Source: a virus
IMG/VR virus record: IMGVR_UViG_3300043446_000566
Span: 1 to 64,000 of that record
Direction: 5' to 3' (one strand)
Length of the DNA stretch: 64,000 nucleotides
Made by a program: the position numbers and the translations under genes. How positions within the stretch are numbered: the stretch's first letter is position 1; every line of letters begins with the position of its first letter. The notes under the pieces are model-generated. The model saw nothing but the letters and a program-made list of their open reading frames with translations, did no database searches and was not told the DNA's origin. Below are positions 17,599 through 25,851 of this stretch, in pieces.

Positions 17599-18006
17599 TT
17601 AGTGTACTGGTTTGTCTTTCTTAGTGATCATTGCTTCCACGATTGAAATAACATTGTCTGTGGATTCAACAGTCTTTTTGCTCTTCTTTTTACTCGACTT
17701 CGCATCTTTATCAACGTAAAAGTAATCGCTTGCACTCTCGTATTGTTCGATGAACGTACTCTTCACATTTGTGACAAAGAACACTTCAGTCATAGGAAAC
17801 TCTACAGATGTCTTATCGATAATCGACTGAGGCAGAAACTCTTGAAGCATTAGAATCTGTTTGCCCTCTTCAAAGATTGTTTCAACATCTACGACCATCG
17901 GCTTTTCAATTGTGACGCTGTTTTCTGTTTGAGTGACAAAACCTATTAGATCAAGGCAGTGCGGTGTCTTGAGTCTTACGAACTTGATTGTTTTCTCGTC
18001 TGCCAT
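17599..18006 (-). CDS. conserved hypothetical protein between uvsW and gp55
   Basis: Intact ORF with GGAG/AAGGA-type SD in a conserved T4-like position. Confidence 0.8.
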   Translation of the reverse strand: MADEKTIKFVRLKTPHCLDLIGFVTQTENSVTIEKPMVVDVETIFEEGKQILMLQEFLPQSIIDKTSVEFPMTEVFFVTNVKSTFIEQYESASDYFYVDKDAKSSKKKSKKTVESTDNVISIVEAMITKKDKPVH

Positions 18007-18007
18007 G

Positions 18008-19489
18008 TTATCCTTCTTGTCCTAATCGAACATTAGTTGTTTTGAATTCAAACTTCTCTTCACTATAAATTTTGATACGCTCTTCGTAATGTCTCAACGC
18101 GAAATTGACTTGATCTTTATATCGTAGATCATCAGCAAGATCATACAGCACAGCCTTAGTCTTGTTGTTGCCAAGTCTTAGAACACGACCGATAGACTGA
18201 AGAGTTCTGATCTTACTCTTTGTGGGAGCAGCAAAAATAATGTTGTGAAGATTCTTGATATTTGTTCCTGTAGAAAACGTACCATACGACGCAACAATAA
18301 TCGCGTTTGTCTCTTGTTCAGTGATGCGGCGCACTTCTTCACGATCATCAACTTCTGTTTCGCCACTGACAAAGAAAACCTTACGATCTTGCTTTTCATT
18401 CAGGACCTTTTCATCGATCATCGCTTTGAGTATTTTACCATGTTTCTGGACATAAGTAAACAATACAAGTGTATTCCCTTCAAGACTCATAGCAAGATTG
18501 CGGATGAATCTATTGCGCTCTTCGTTTGAGACAAGAAAGTCCATCTCTTCTGGATATGATCTACCCTTAGTCAACTTGCAAAAAATTTCTGGATATTTCA
18601 GCACGATGCACTTGATCGAGAAGTCTGCTAGCTGCTTTCGCTCGATCAGTTCTTTTGTTGATATCACACGTTGAACTGGTCCAAACAGTCCTTCAAGAAC
18701 TAGTTTATTGACTTCGCTGTTATCTAGAGTTCCTGTAGTGCCGACTCTTACATCACAGTTGATCAGCTTTGTCATGATTGATGTCAGAGACTTAGCCTTG
18801 AACGTATGCGCTTCGTCGCCAATGATGAAATCAAACTGCTTGAAATACTTTTGTGGCATTTCAAAAATAGATTGCCATGTAGAGATGACAAGATCAGAAT
18901 CTGCTATCTTGCTTTGCCCTTGATAGACTTTTTGGCAGTGTTTGTCTACATCCCAACCATTGTTTACAGAGTATTCTTTGAAATCTGAGTGCATCTGCGC
19001 AACAAGATTGACCGTAGGAACTATGAGTAGTCCTTGCTTCTTGCCAGAACTCAACAGATGGCGAATCATTATGTAAATGATCAGCGACTTGCCTGAAGCA
19101 GTCGGTGAGATCACAACGGTTCTTTTTCTTGTAAGACCGACACTTGAGGCTAAGTATTGATAGTCTCTTGGCTCCATTGGCAGTGACAGAGAATTAGCGA
19201 TGTTCTTTGTATCGACAGGATACAATTTTTCGTCTGCGTCATACTGATAGCTGTAGCCGCTATCAGCGCAATACTTGCGGATGTAACGCTCTAACCCAAG
19301 GTAAATCTGATTTGTCTTGAGACTCAGAAGCCTGATCTTGCCATCCCAATGCTTGTTGCGATATGCTGGGCTGAACTGATGATTAGGCGATTCAAACGTG
19401 AAGAAGTCTGCAAGTTCTTGCAGAATGCCTGGGTCTGCTATCACTTTGGCATGGATATTATTCAGTTTTTCTACTTTGACATCACACAT
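18008..19489 (-). CDS. uvsW: UvsW SF2 DNA helicase
   Basis: WDGKIRL, PTASGKS, GDEAH, TTGT and LQSIGRVLR motifs; ATG at 19489 overlaps the uvsY stop. Confidence 0.96.
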   Translation of the reverse strand: MCDVKVEKLNNIHAKVIADPGILQELADFFTFESPNHQFSPAYRNKHWDGKIRLLSLKTNQIYLGLERYIRKYCADSGYSYQYDADEKLYPVDTKNIANSLSLPMEPRDYQYLASSVGLTRKRTVVISPTASGKSLIIYIMIRHLLSSGKKQGLLIVPTVNLVAQMHSDFKEYSVNNGWDVDKHCQKVYQGQSKIADSDLVISTWQSIFEMPQKYFKQFDFIIGDEAHTFKAKSLTSIMTKLINCDVRVGTTGTLDNSEVNKLVLEGLFGPVQRVISTKELIERKQLADFSIKCIVLKYPEIFCKLTKGRSYPEEMDFLVSNEERNRFIRNLAMSLEGNTLVLFTYVQKHGKILKAMIDEKVLNEKQDRKVFFVSGETEVDDREEVRRITEQETNAIIVASYGTFSTGTNIKNLHNIIFAAPTKSKIRTLQSIGRVLRLGNNKTKAVLYDLADDLRYKDQVNFALRHYEERIKIYSEEKFEFKTTNVRLGQEG

Positions 19490-19938
19490 CAATGCTGACC
19501 TTGGATGAACTTCTCCCAACTCATAAATTCCTTCAGCTGCCAGGTACGGTTGTTTAGTTCTTTCATCACATTCAGGCAAAAATTAGCAGCCTCTTCATGA
19601 TAGGCTTTCTTTGTCTTGAGTTTGTTCAGATCAGCATCACCGTCAATATAAACGCTGATGTCAGACTTGAGTGTGAAACGAAATGGTTCCCAGCCAAGTT
19701 TATCAAGTTCTTCTTGATCTAACTTGCCAGAATAGTAAAGCCATTTCAGTTTCTTGACGCGATCATATTCTAGAATCGCTCGTTTGACAGAGAGATTGTG
19801 TAGCGTCAGGTATTTGTTGAACTTGTTATGCAGCAAAGGAATTCTAATAATTTCTTTACCAGGCTCTATGCGATCAATCACAGAGTCTTTTTCCCATTGC
19901 TCAATCAGACTTTCCAAAGAAGGTGCTTGTAGTTTCAT
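19489..19938 (-). CDS. uvsY: recombination mediator UvsY
   Basis: WEKDSVID, IP.LH.K, KW.YYSGK, LKSDI..YIDGD, R.WQLK...W.KF. Confidence 0.92.
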   Translation of the reverse strand: MKLQAPSLESLIEQWEKDSVIDRIEPGKEIIRIPLLHNKFNKYLTLHNLSVKRAILEYDRVKKLKWLYYSGKLDQEELDKLGWEPFRFTLKSDISVYIDGDADLNKLKTKKAYHEEAANFCLNVMKELNNRTWQLKEFMSWEKFIQGQH

Positions 19939-19970
19939 GATAATTCTATAGTTGCTCGACAGGTCACACA

Positions 19971-19999
19971 AGTATACCACACAGTCAAGAGAAAGTAAA
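19971..19999 (-). promoter_or_regulatory. sigma70-type promoter of uvsY
   Basis: TTTACT, 17 bp, TATACT. Confidence 0.75.
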
Positions 20000-20032
20000 A
20001 TCTTATGGATTGAAAATACTTGCTCGAAATAC

Positions 20033-20061
20033 TTTACTTTTATCCACTCAGACGCTATACT
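20033..20061 (+). promoter_or_regulatory. divergent plus-strand sigma70-type promoter with no downstream ORF
   Basis: TTTACT, 17 bp, TATACT; identical hexamers to the uvsY promoter, back to back with it. Confidence 0.55.
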
Positions 20062-20107
20062 CAGTATGCTCGCTATGAAGTGATAGACCAATTGGTTCTA
20101 ATAAGAT

Positions 20108-20653
20108 TTAGATTCTCTCGTAATCATAGTACGAAAACCTGAACGTAGCGTCAGCAGTCACAATATTTTCAGCCGTATCGCCTGTATTGAACAGTATAGT
20201 CGAAAGGCTTGTTGGAAACACCTCGTACAATTTTATTCTGAAGTTGACGTTATTCTTATTGGAATAGATCGACAACGATGCATCAGAATATTGTGGCTTT
20301 GCGTAGCTGTTGATCTTTCGAATATTTGCGCCATTGGACTGCTTGGCCAAGTCAACATATTCTTTGAAGTCTGTAGGAAAAGTCAGACCTCTGATCCAGT
20401 CATGAATCTCTGTCCATGCACGGAGTTCTTCATCTACAAGAAACGTCAGATTGAAAGTGTCATAAACTAGCTTTTCGCCAGGGACGTAGAGATCCACAAA
20501 CGGCGTAGGCACAGGAATCTCAGTCAACGAAACGCCTGGAAGATTTGCAGACTGACAAAAGTAAGTGAGTCCTTGCAGACGCTCAAAGGTCACTCTAAAC
20601 TTTGTTGATTGTAACAGATCAAAACTAACAGGATTGCGGTTTAGTGCTGTCAT
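20108..20653 (-). CDS. gp3: tail completion / sheath stabilizer protein
   Basis: YFCQSANLPGVSL, PGEKL.Y, FLVDEEL, EIHDWI, FPTSLS; follows gp23. Confidence 0.88.
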   Translation of the reverse strand: MTALNRNPVSFDLLQSTKFRVTFERLQGLTYFCQSANLPGVSLTEIPVPTPFVDLYVPGEKLVYDTFNLTFLVDEELRAWTEIHDWIRGLTFPTDFKEYVDLAKQSNGANIRKINSYAKPQYSDASLSIYSNKNNVNFRIKLYEVFPTSLSTILFNTGDTAENIVTADATFRFSYYDYERI

Positions 20654-20683
20654 CGGCTTTTGAACTCTCTGATGCTCATAGAC

Positions 20684-20691
20684 TATTTAGC
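20684..20691 (-). promoter_or_regulatory. late promoter (GCTAAATA) for gp3
   Basis: Late motif 30 nt upstream of the start. Confidence 0.7.
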
Positions 20692-20694
20692 TAA

Positions 20695-20722
20695 TAAAAA
20701 AGGGGAGCATTTCTGCTCCCCT
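20695..20722 (-). terminator. intrinsic terminator after the major capsid gene
   Basis: AGGGGAGCA-GAAA-TGCTCCCCT stem-loop followed by TTTTT on the minus strand. Confidence 0.9.
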
Positions 20723-20764
20723 CTAGTTAGGTTGCCTTCACGGCAATCTTATTGTTCAACCAGA

Positions 20765-22090
20765 TTATTGGTTGATGTTCAGCACTGCGAACTTACGATA
20801 GTACACGTTCGTGTTTGTCGTAATTGCACCAGCTAGTGAACCGCCCGATGTACCATCAGCGAATGGATTCGAGACCATGCCGTAGCGAGTCTTGAAGCCA
20901 ACCTTTGGCTGATAGTTGTCAGGATCGATAGCACGTACCATCTGTAGAGGAACATATGGGCAGTAGAAGAGACCAGCGTCATAAGGCGTTGTTCCCTTGT
21001 AACCAACCACAATGTAGTCCGAGTTTGATACAGAGTATGGATCAACATAGACCTTGATGCGACCGAATAGCGTACCAGCGAAGGTGTTGCCAGTGTCGTC
21101 AACAGTTAGGTTTGTGTTGTTAGCTAGGGCTGAGTTGTAGTCAAGAAGACCAGACATAGCTAGGGCTGAGCCAACGTCTGACGAGACGATTAGCAGGTTA
21201 CCCTTACCACGACGAGTGTCCTTAGCAATCTTGTTGCTCGCGCGCTCGATTGCGAATAGGAGCGACTTGTACTTTTCTACCTGCCAGCGACCAGACGTAT
21301 CTGTGTTGCTTGATAGGTTGAAGGCAGCAGTTGCAGCACCTAGGATACCGACGTTAGCAGTTGCATAGACTGTACGAACAACTTCACGATTGATTTCTGC
21401 AAGGATTTCAGTCGATAGGATGTTTGATAGTTCTGTTTCAGCATCTAGACCATGGATAGCCTTTAGATCCTGAGCAAGTTCCATCGTGTACGAAGCCTGT
21501 AGACCGCGAGTCTTAGCTGTGACCGACACGCGCTCGATTGAGAACGCCATGTTTGCCATACCTAGTGTTTCGCCTGATGCAGTCGTGAAGCCAATACCAA
21601 GGTTAGCAGTTGTCATAGCTGCTACGTTCTGGCTTAGGTTTACGATTGCGTTAGCTACTGTATCGTTTGGTGTACCAGCAAATACAGTGTTAGCTTCGTT
21701 TACGAATGCTTCTGTGCCGCCTGGTGTGCCATACTTGCTGCGCATTGCAAAGATCAGTCCTGTTGGACCAGTCATTGGCTGAACGCCGCAGATGTCATAA
21801 GCCATTAGGTTAGGAAGAGCACGACGTACCAGTCCGATTAGGATTGGGTCGAAGCCTGCCATTGTTGTTGAACCCTGTGCAGACGTTACTGAGCCAGGAG
21901 CGCCAGCAATGTTTACAGGTGTTGCTTCGAATAGGCGTCCGAAATTTGACGCTTCTTCAGCTAGGGCACGCTCTTGATTCTCCAGTACAAGGGCTGTTAC
22001 GGCGCGCTTGTATGGATCCGAGATCTTTGGGAGTTCTGGGTGATCAAGAACTGGTGCCCACTTCTTAGCATGTGTTTCGTTAAGATACAT
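20765..22090 (-). CDS. gp23: major capsid protein
   Basis: KW.PVL, LENQE, FDPILI.LVRR..PNL.AYDICGVQPM.GPTGLIFAMR, YCPYVPL, GFKTRYGM. Confidence 0.99.
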   Translation of the reverse strand: MYLNETHAKKWAPVLDHPELPKISDPYKRAVTALVLENQERALAEEASNFGRLFEATPVNIAGAPGSVTSAQGSTTMAGFDPILIGLVRRALPNLMAYDICGVQPMTGPTGLIFAMRSKYGTPGGTEAFVNEANTVFAGTPNDTVANAIVNLSQNVAAMTTANLGIGFTTASGETLGMANMAFSIERVSVTAKTRGLQASYTMELAQDLKAIHGLDAETELSNILSTEILAEINREVVRTVYATANVGILGAATAAFNLSSNTDTSGRWQVEKYKSLLFAIERASNKIAKDTRRGKGNLLIVSSDVGSALAMSGLLDYNSALANNTNLTVDDTGNTFAGTLFGRIKVYVDPYSVSNSDYIVVGYKGTTPYDAGLFYCPYVPLQMVRAIDPDNYQPKVGFKTRYGMVSNPFADGTSGGSLAGAITTNTNVYYRKFAVLNINQ

Positions 22091-22118
22091 TTTTAAATTC
22101 TCCGTAGTTCTTTAGATT

Positions 22119-23291
22119 TCACTTTGGTAGTGATTTTGTAATTGATCGAACATAATGTGCCATAATACCGGTTGTATCTACTTCAGGTTGTGTCTCGGAC
22201 GTCTCTTCGGCAACCTTTACCTCACTCACAATCTTCTTTGTTGGGAAGTAGTTCTCGCGAATTACTGCGAGCTTATTATCAAAATCACCATCTGTGGTGA
22301 ACTCCACGCCCTCTGCGAGCGACTTCAATTTTGCGATTTGCGTTTCCGTTAGACCATTGCAAGCCTTGCGGATAGCTTCATTCTTCTTTGATTCGTTTAG
22401 TTCCTTGCGAACTGCATCAAACTTCGACTGAATATCAGCAGCCGATTCTTCTAGTTCTAGAACCTTCGATGCTAGTTCTTCTGCTACGTCTAGCTTCTCA
22501 TCTGGAATCTCGATGTAGTGTTCTGCGAATAGAGTCTTGAGACCGTCGATGAAGCCTTCGGTTAGTTCTGCACGAAGACCAGACTCGATAGCAACCTGAT
22601 TCTCTGTCATCCACTGCTCTACAACGTAGTTGAGATAAGTGTCAACTTGCTCAGATAGATCTGTCTTGATTGTGTCATAGGCTTCTTCAAGGATCTTGTC
22701 GTTGTCAGCAAGAACGTCTTCGACGATCTTCTCAACGCGAGACTGAACAGCTGATTCGAAGATCAGTGTAGCCTTGACACGGAAGTCTTCTGATAGAGAC
22801 TCGCCATTGAATAGCGCGTCAACATCTTCCTTCATCGTGCCCTTGTGCTTAGCCACTAGACCCTTCATCATCTGCTTCTTAGCTTCGACGATTTCTTCTT
22901 CAGAAAGTTCTGTTTCTTCTTCAACAGCAACTTCTTCTTCAGAGATGACTTCTTCATCTTCTGAATGCTCTACTGAGTCACCAAAGGTAGCAGCACCTGG
23001 GTTAGATGCTTTCTTAGGAGCAGCTGGTGCAGCGCTCTTGCCTGGTATTGGCTCTTGAGGAGCAGCACGATCACCAGGAACTGGTGACTTCTTGACAGCA
23101 GCAGCGGCTTGCTTGCCTACTGATGCCGAGCCACCATCATTGCTTTGACCTGGCTCTGCATAGTCGTCTGTTGGTGTAGCGCCACCAAGATCGTTTGCTT
23201 GTGCGCTTGTTGCTGGCATTGGATCCTGCTTTCTATTTGCAATAGAAGCCTTTAGGATTTCAGCAGCGGATTCTGATAATGTCTTGCTCAT
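22119..23291 (-). CDS. gp22: prohead core scaffold protein
   Basis: LSEDF..KA..IFESAV, YLNYVVEQW..EN.VAIE.GLR.EL, LF.EHYI. Confidence 0.95.
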   Translation of the reverse strand: MSKTLSESAAEILKASIANRKQDPMPATSAQANDLGGATPTDDYAEPGQSNDGGSASVGKQAAAAVKKSPVPGDRAAPQEPIPGKSAAPAAPKKASNPGAATFGDSVEHSEDEEVISEEEVAVEEETELSEEEIVEAKKQMMKGLVAKHKGTMKEDVDALFNGESLSEDFRVKATLIFESAVQSRVEKIVEDVLADNDKILEEAYDTIKTDLSEQVDTYLNYVVEQWMTENQVAIESGLRAELTEGFIDGLKTLFAEHYIEIPDEKLDVAEELASKVLELEESAADIQSKFDAVRKELNESKKNEAIRKACNGLTETQIAKLKSLAEGVEFTTDGDFDNKLAVIRENYFPTKKIVSEVKVAEETSETQPEVDTTGIMAHYVRSITKSLPK

Positions 23292-23318
23292 TTGTTCTAA
23301 CTCCTGAAGAAGTAATAT

Positions 23319-23326
23319 TATTTATA
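23319..23326 (-). promoter_or_regulatory. late promoter (TATAAATA) for gp22-gp23
   Basis: Exact gp55 consensus. Confidence 0.85.
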
Positions 23327-23330
23327 AAAA

Positions 23331-23933
23331 TTAAAGTTTTGACACGGTCAAATAATCATAATGCTTCTCAAATGTCTGTTTGGAAACACGGAAATGATTA
23401 TAGGCGTCTTTTTTACTACCAAAAACTATACCATTCACTTGAATAGAAATCGCACGAGGATTGTTTGATCCTTCGTTTCTTTTAGTGCTGGTATCAACGT
23501 ATGATTTTTGAATATCAAATGATGGTTTATGTGAGTTAGCTGTTCCTATTTTCTCTCTATGAGATTGTGACAACTTTTTACCAGCATTTTTTATACGCAA
23601 AATTTCTATATGTTTTTCTGTCAATTTTGATCCAGATCTATCTGGTATAGATATAGCCTTATTCGTCAATTTTAGATTTGGATATGTCAAATTCCACATA
23701 TAGATCATGTCTGTCTCAATTCTTAGGGCTTCTTTAGAGAATTCTATGTCTTTTTTTAAAAAGACAACTTTATGCGATAATCCTAGCACTCGAATATTTT
23801 TTATGACGTTACACTTAGACTCGTTATGAGCATCATGTGATTTGCCATGAAAATACGCCCTGTCTCCTTTGCCTTTACCAATATAAAAAGGTACATTATT
23901 CACAGGATCAATTAGCGCATACACATAATACAT
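23331..23933 (-). mobile_element. free-standing GIY-YIG homing endonuclease gene with NUMOD3-like repeats
   Basis: YYVYALIDP...PFYIGKGKG.R..H; C-terminal GKKLSQSHREKI and G..NPRA motifs; AT-rich; interrupts gp21-gp22 adjacency. Confidence 0.85.
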
Positions 23934-24577
23934 TATAGTTTTCCAAGAAAGTTTTCAAAAATCTTTAGAGAAATGTCTTCAATTTGCTTAGTTTTAGCTT
24001 TCTTTATTTGATCATAATATGCATTGACATCAATTTCTTGAATTTTACCCTCAACAAACATCCATTCCTTGCCCTCCATGATGCCTTGTACAAAAGCACC
24101 AGGAGCAGAAGGATCCGCAACAATATCAGCCGCTGTGGCTAGATAGTAGTCGTCTTGCACCATGTTGACACCGTTCACTTCTTTGAGTGAACCCATGCCT
24201 CGTGATGATACACCGAGAGTAGCACCGCCTTCCATTAGAGACTTGGCGATCTTACCCATTGGTGTTTCAAGAATTTTTGCTTTGCCGATGAAGTTCTTGC
24301 CTTCTTGGCGTAGATTTACAATCAAGTGCGACACGCGATCAAGATTGATAGTTGGAGAATCTGGATGACCTAGTTCTCCAAATGCGCGGTTCTTCTCTAC
24401 ATATTCTTTCATGTAGCGATCAACTTCTTTCGCAAGGATCTTGTTCTCGTAGATACGATTGTTGCGATTTGGCGTGTCAGCGACAAGAAATGGTCCTTCG
24501 ATGAACAGTGTCTTCGTGCCATTCTTTTCTTCAGTCAGAACTCTGACCTGCTCGACTGTTTCTCTGATTAGTTTCAT
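23933..24577 (-). CDS. gp21: prohead protease
   Basis: NRNNRIY, AFGELGHP, VSH, GVSSRGMGS, DIVADPSAP.AFV.GIMEGKEW. Confidence 0.97.
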   Translation of the reverse strand: MKLIRETVEQVRVLTEEKNGTKTLFIEGPFLVADTPNRNNRIYENKILAKEVDRYMKEYVEKNRAFGELGHPDSPTINLDRVSHLIVNLRQEGKNFIGKAKILETPMGKIAKSLMEGGATLGVSSRGMGSLKEVNGVNMVQDDYYLATAADIVADPSAPGAFVQGIMEGKEWMFVEGKIQEIDVNAYYDQIKKAKTKQIEDISLKIFENFLGKL

Positions 24578-24579
24578 TT

Positions 24580-24909
24580 TTATAGTCCTAATGATGCTCT
24601 TTTTCTAAGTGAGCGTTTTCTCTTTATAAGCGCACGAGCCATCTTAGCTTTGCGCTTGATCTTTGCCTTCCTAGCTGCTCTCTTGCGATGCATTCTCTCA
24701 GAAGCCTTCATTTTCACCAATCTACCACCGCGAATAGTATATCCCTTTACGTTGGATACTTTTTTTCTGCGTTGGATTTTGCCACCGCGAACACGCGCTC
24801 TAACAATCTTCACACGCGCTTCATTCAATTCTACAGCAACATGTGCTTTGAGAAGATCTAGTTTCTCAAAGTAAATGCTTTTGATTTTTTCTTTGATCTC
24901 GTCGAGCAT
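24580..24909 (-). CDS. basic prohead core protein (gp68-like)
   Basis: R/K-rich C-terminal part, position upstream of gp21. Confidence 0.7.
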   Translation of the reverse strand: MLDEIKEKIKSIYFEKLDLLKAHVAVELNEARVKIVRARVRGGKIQRRKKVSNVKGYTIRGGRLVKMKASERMHRKRAARKAKIKRKAKMARALIKRKRSLRKRASLGL

Positions 24910-25676
24910 CACTTCATCTTCTTGAATGCAAACGACGCGACTTTGCCTAGATGCTCTGGGCTTTGCTTGACCATCTTAGCAATTTTGATTTTGTTTTGAT
25001 CATTTACTGCATTGTATAGTTGATGCACAGCGCTAGCAGTATAACCATCGACTAAAGCAGACGAGCCATCGTCAAACTTTAGCTTCTTAGCCTGCTTTGT
25101 CTTTACAATATTGGCAATGTGATCAATGTTTTCTACAATAGTTTGTTCTGACTGCATTCCTACAACGTCTTCAGCGCCTGTAGAGTTGTATGGCACTGTG
25201 AATGAAAGACCTAGCGCATCGTTTGTATAGAGAGCAACGCGCTTGCCATCAGGAAACACTCTAACTCCCTTGCGCTTGAGGACAAGCATCATAGGTGGTG
25301 TTGGCGTATCAATTGCTTCAGAAAGATATTCGTCTCGTGTGATCTCATAACCAGCCATGATGTTCTTGCGAACAGCAGAATAGGCTTGCTGAGAGCCAGT
25401 AACAGCGTCTGAAGTTGCTTGATAGTAACGCGAGATAACGTCGCGTTGACTGCGCGTTAGCTTACCAATATCACCCTTCTGGGCATTGGCTCTCAGCGCC
25501 ATTTTGAGCGCAGGAAGTTCGCTAGCCTTCATTGCGCCAGCACGAACTAGTCCTGCGATTCTCGCAGCTTGTAATGCCTGTGAATTAGGCTTCTGTTGCG
25601 TTGTTGTCGGAGGCGTCTGCTGATTCATCATCATTGGTGCTTCCGTCAACTTCTGCTTCATGTTCTGGAACTTCAT
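24909..25676 (-). CDS. hypothetical head-associated protein
   Basis: PP.MLVLKRK..R.FPDG.RVALY motif and a C-terminal F.DG....VD..TA.A...LY..VN..N domain; start uncertain, overlaps gp67. Confidence 0.75.
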   Translation of the reverse strand: MKFQNMKQKLTEAPMMMNQQTPPTTTQQKPNSQALQAARIAGLVRAGAMKASELPALKMALRANAQKGDIGKLTRSQRDVISRYYQATSDAVTGSQQAYSAVRKNIMAGYEITRDEYLSEAIDTPTPPMMLVLKRKGVRVFPDGKRVALYTNDALGLSFTVPYNSTGAEDVVGMQSEQTIVENIDHIANIVKTKQAKKLKFDDGSSALVDGYTASAVHQLYNAVNDQNKIKIAKMVKQSPEHLGKVASFAFKKMK

Positions 25677-25833
25677 CGTTTGATTCTTCTGGTGTAAGTA
25701 GAGTAGATGCAATCTCGACCTTCTTTACTTCAAGCGCATCGCTAATTTTTGGTGCCATTGCTGCATTGAATGCGTTTACAAATGCTTCTTCGTCACCATT
25801 TACCGCTGCGTCTATGATATTGAACGATTCCAT
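25585..25833 (-). CDS. gp67: prohead core protein (gp67-like)
   Basis: F..AM..KI.DALE.KK.EIA plus acidic tail; follows the portal gene; GGAG SD. Confidence 0.75.
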   Translation of the reverse strand: MESFNIIDAAVNGDEEAFVNAFNAAMAPKISDALEVKKVEIASTLLTPEESNDEVPEHEAEVDGSTNDDESADASDNNATEA

Positions 25834-25851
25834 AATTATCTCCAATAAATC

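Noticed and set aside
19939-20091. N-terminal extension of uvsY given in the ORF track (similar extensions for uvsW and sulfotransferase A)
   Set aside because: The extension runs through promoter elements or the upstream gene; downstream ATGs with stop/start coupling fit better
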